Shown in pieces: positions 60,480-64,000 of a DNA stretch of 64,000 nucleotides. The first letter of the stretch is position 1; each line of letters starts with the position of its first letter. Below the pieces are notes generated by a model. That model did no database searches and had not been told where the DNA came from. It saw only the letters and a program-made list of their open reading frames with translations. Location: positions 3,844,001-3,908,000 of the forward strand of contig JAYWIR010000016.1 of NCBI GenBank assembly GCA_036172245.1, given 5' to 3'. The position numbers and the translations under genes were made by a program. Source of the DNA: Raillietiella orientalis. Taxonomy: Eukaryota.

Positions 60480-61760
60480 GTCCTCTGCATTTTGTCCAGG
60501 ATGCTGGCAAGTTCTGTTCATATTGCGCCCAGGTGGGGTCATCTCGAACCGCGATCTTTAAGAAGATCCGCGCCCAGCCCCGATGGCGCATTCCGGCCTG
60601 TTCTCCTGGAGAGTTCCAGGCCGCCATCATCCCGTGAAGACGGCAGTGGATTGCGAGGGACGCGGCTGGCGTCACCGCGGCGCGCACCTTAAAAGTGACT
60701 CTGGGACCACCTGCCGGGACTCCTAGGGTCGTCTCGAGGTGATCCCAAAGGGTCGGAGGACAGGACGGTCCAACAGCAGGTGCGGGAAGCTTTCTCTTTC
60801 CCATATCCTACCTACTCCACACCCACCCTCCTCCCAGAGTCCATTGGTGAAGGAGCGCTTTGCACGGGATTCCCGCATACATCACCAGCAGCATCAAATC
60901 CTGCCACATGAGGGGGAGGGAGCCACTGCTCCAGCACGCTGAGGGACGCTTCCTACCTCCGTAGGGACGCCGAGCAGCACTCCCCAGCAGGCAACGTGGA
61001 CGATGGAAATCCCTTTGGGTACTGCTGTTTTCGTTTCTCCCCTTCCAGCTCTTCCTTTAAGGGATTCTCAAGGGATTCTGAAGAACTGTGCTTCTCTTTA
61101 GAGGGAGAGAGGAGGGTCACGAAGCCCTTTGACGCCGTCCACGTCACCTGTGCGACTCTTCAAGATAGATAAGATAGACTCATCCCCGTAAGGATCGACC
61201 CAGGAACCCAAGAAGGCTCCGGAAGAAGCAGTCTGTTACGATTTGCCGGAAGGAAACCTCGTCCTGGATGTCTCCGGAGGGAAACAAGAAGGAACTGCTA
61301 CCCCATTTCCTCCGGAGGAGTCCCACGGAGGGGGAAAGCATTCCTAGTTTATCCGAAGGGAACCTGGAAAGGACCCGCTCCTGGTTTCCTCCTCCTTCTA
61401 AGGGAACCCCGAGGGAACGCTTCCCGATTTCTTCAAATGGTCTCTTCCCGAAGAAAGCAACGCGGTTCTGACACTCTGGAGAGACAGCACCCCGAGGGGA
61501 GTATCGACCAGCTCTACGGAACGCGATGGAGGGTCCCATTTTTACAACCGGAGGAGAACCCCGAAGAGTTCCTTGATTCCCGGAGAATCGACTTTCAAGC
61601 CCGGAGGCCAGACAATGGGGCATCTGGCTTCCGGCAGTGCCTCACCCAGGGGGAGGGGACTCGAAATCCACAACATGCATTCCATTTCTCGCATCGGCCC
61701 TTCCCCCGGGTGTGACTCGAACTCTTGGTGTTACGCGCAGAGGCTGCAGCATGCCCAGAT
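60480..61760 (-). mobile_element. Contiguous family A+B LINE fragment (ORF1 end plus APE) with an internal inversion of about 200 bp
   Basis: 61760->60990 is family A; 60690->60480 is family B; 60700-60900 is family B in the opposite orientation. Confidence 0.55.
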
Positions 61761-62099
61761 CGACTTCCATCTCCACCATCTCTACGGAGCGAAGATGCGC
61801 GCGAGGTGTCTTTCGGCGCGCTGAAGGGGCGTAGGAAGGGGGGGAAGACCGTCAGCTCGTACGCCGGCTGCCGAACGGATCCCATGGTGGAACGCTGCAC
61901 TCGGTGGCATCTCCTCCTCCTCTGCCGCCGCCACCGTGGGTCGCCAGTGGATTCAAGCTGGAACCCGTCGGGAAGCGATGCTGGCTGGCGCAGCGATTGG
62001 AGCCGCCCCAGGAACCTTTCCTGACTGAGGGCACGGGAACCAGCGTGGAAGAGTTCCACGGAAGGAGTCGAGGGAATCACTAGACAGTTTCTGGGAGAC

Positions 62100-62900
62100 C
62101 CGGCTGCGTTGTCGTCAGGTGGCGCCAGAGTACTCTGCATTCTCTGCAGGATGCCGGCAAGTTCTTCCTGACAACCTGGCAGGTGGTTCCACCTGGCTGC
62201 GACTCGAAGGAACCGGACGGCGAGGAAGGTGGTGCATCCCTAGAGGTGCTCCTGGAGGCGAAGGTCCCGTGTGAACAGCACAGAGCTGCGGCAGCTGGCA
62301 AAAAGCGGTCTCTCAGAATGTTCAGCGTGGAAGGGAGGGGGCTGAGGAACGTACCTGTCCAGTGCCCGCAGGGCAATGCACGTCACGAGCAGGCGGGAGA
62401 TCCGACCGCGCGGATGCGTCTAGTGCAGCGGGAGACAAAGAAACACACAGAAGTAAAAGAATGGTGCAGAGTGCTAGCTGCTACCAACTCCCGAACAATC
62501 CTGGATGAGTTGGCTGGGAGCCAGGCTGGTGAGCTCCGTCTGAAGCGGAAGGAGAGTCAGGAGTGCCAAGCAAACAAATAAGTCTGTCCCTGCGTCTGCA
62601 GGGGAGGAGGAAGGGCGGGTAGGCGAGGAAGGGCCACAGGCGATTCCCTGAAGTCACCTGAGGATCCTGTGCAGGATGCAGGCAAGTTCCATTCTTTAGC
62701 CCACCAGGTGGCCCCCCTCCCTTCCCTCAAGGAAGAAGTCCCCATGGCGATGGCGATCTCCCAGCTGCTCCCTGCGCCGAAGCAGAAGTGGGAGAGGGAG
62801 CTGCGACCGAGGCGGCAGACGTCGTAGTCGCTAAGAGCAGCCTTGACGTGTCTGCGGAGTTGTCCCGCGCGCGGCAGCCGCCCGCACACGCTGGCCGCAC
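62100..62900 (-). mobile_element. Two further LINE family B fragments
   Basis: caggatgc.ggcaagttc at about 62147 and 62672; PAAAALCC..GT peptide shared with 4625-4660. Confidence 0.5.
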
Positions 62901-63399
62901 TGAGGGCTGAGCCGTCCGTACGCTCGAACGGCAAAGATGGGCGCCACCACCACGGTTCTTCTGGTCCGGTCGTGCTGGAGGGCGGGCGTTGCAAGAAAAG
63001 ACTCCAGCGCTACAACGGCACCAACGAGTGCAGCCACTACGGAGGAAGGAAGGTGGTCGTCACTGCCTCAGCCGTCTTCAGGTCTCACGGAAGGATTCGG
63101 ACCCGAAGTCCCTTTGGCGATGCAACTGGGGTCGCTGCAAGTCGTCAGCCACCAGGGAGCTCCTCGATGTCCGGGACGTCTCACGTTATCTCCCACTTTC
63201 CCGGTTGGCCACTGTCATTCCTCTTTCCCAGAGGAGACAGCTCTGGAGCAGAGGATGCTGGAGAGGCCCACATCAACCTTCCAGGATCCTGGACGACAGT
63301 CTTCGAGAGGGTGCATTTGTCGAGATGTCGGTATGCATCCTGGTCTGGTCTCCGTGACCTCCCACGCGATTCGCTGCCTCTTGCAGTCAGGCACTGTAG

Positions 63400-64000
63400 G
63401 TTGTGGGTCTGTGCGCAGTCCAGATGCTTCCCTTCACCGAAGTGGCCATATCACCACATGTATGCCCATCTCGGAGGCCATGCAGCTGCGATCTGAGCGC
63501 TCAGCACCAGGCGTTGGGGGTTGGAGTCCCCGCCTGTAGGATCGGCGCCGAGAAATGGTTTTCTTTTTTCGAGTTTCCCCGCTGATTGACCTATAGGTCA
63601 GGATGAGGAAGCCGGATGCTCCCGTTGACTGAACTTCAAGACTAGAATTCGACCTCCCGGGGTCCTTCCAGGGCATCAAGGAGTCGGTTCCTTTCGGGGT
63701 TCCCCACCGGATGTGCAAATGGAGCCGTCCGCTCCCTCGGGTGGTGACCCACCGTCGTCCTCCATGGAGCTGTTTGATTCCCCCCTAGGGGGTTGCCTCT
63801 CTAGAGCGTCAGAAGCTCTTGCCCCCTTCATGGCGCGCCTTTCAGAGAAAATGGAAGGCGTCTCTTCGGAGTTATCTTCAGAGGAGGAGAAGGAAACGAA
63901 GAGAGGACACTTTTCGGGTTCTCTTCGGAGAAGAAACAAGGAAAGGAGAGAGATCTCCTAAGGAGAGAATGAGGAAGAGATGATTTCCTCCGAGATTCCC
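63400..64000 (+). mobile_element. LINE family A fragment running off the window end
   Basis: ccggatgctcccgttgactg, tccttccag and ttatcttcagaggaggagaaggaaacg shared with 23960-24170; knuckle-like RCF/HRSGHITTC upstream. Confidence 0.6.

Noticed and set aside
150..64000. RT-less (HAL1-like) non-autonomous LINE hypothesis for families A/B
   Set aside because: Decayed RT domain 0-3 remnants occur at about 2200-2720 and 60030-60350, so absence of RT cannot be claimed
1..64000. CRISPR arrays, operons, rRNA or prokaryotic defence systems
   Set aside because: No regularly spaced repeats or gene-dense organisation; the sequence is intron-containing eukaryotic DNA

Overview
Eukaryotic genomic DNA from an arthropod, most plausibly a chelicerate (inferred from gene content, not proven). 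It has spliceosomal introns, microsatellites and a heavy load of decayed retroelements, so most ORFs in the six-frame track are spurious. The best-supported feature is a minus-strand, 12-exon clip-domain serine protease gene (59062->42494, about 557 aa). It encodes a signal peptide, one group-1 clip domain, a Pro-rich linker built from small phase-1 exons, a long candidate activation peptide, an F|IVGG activation site and an intact trypsin-like H/D/S triad. An intronless, multiply frameshifted copy of the myosin-XVIII coiled-coil tail (about 31560-32880) looks like a processed pseudogene. An AT-rich, CpG-poor island (about 36.6-42.4 kb) appears to hold a plus-strand gene for a secreted protein made of very small exons, convergent with the protease. 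The remainder is a TE graveyard: an RLE-type (Utopia/NeSL/R2-like) RT fragment, many fragments of one APE-type LINE family, a probable Ty3/Gypsy remnant, local duplications and several perfect hairpins. No rRNA, tRNA or CRISPR was seen. All calls were made by eye, without alignments or database searches.
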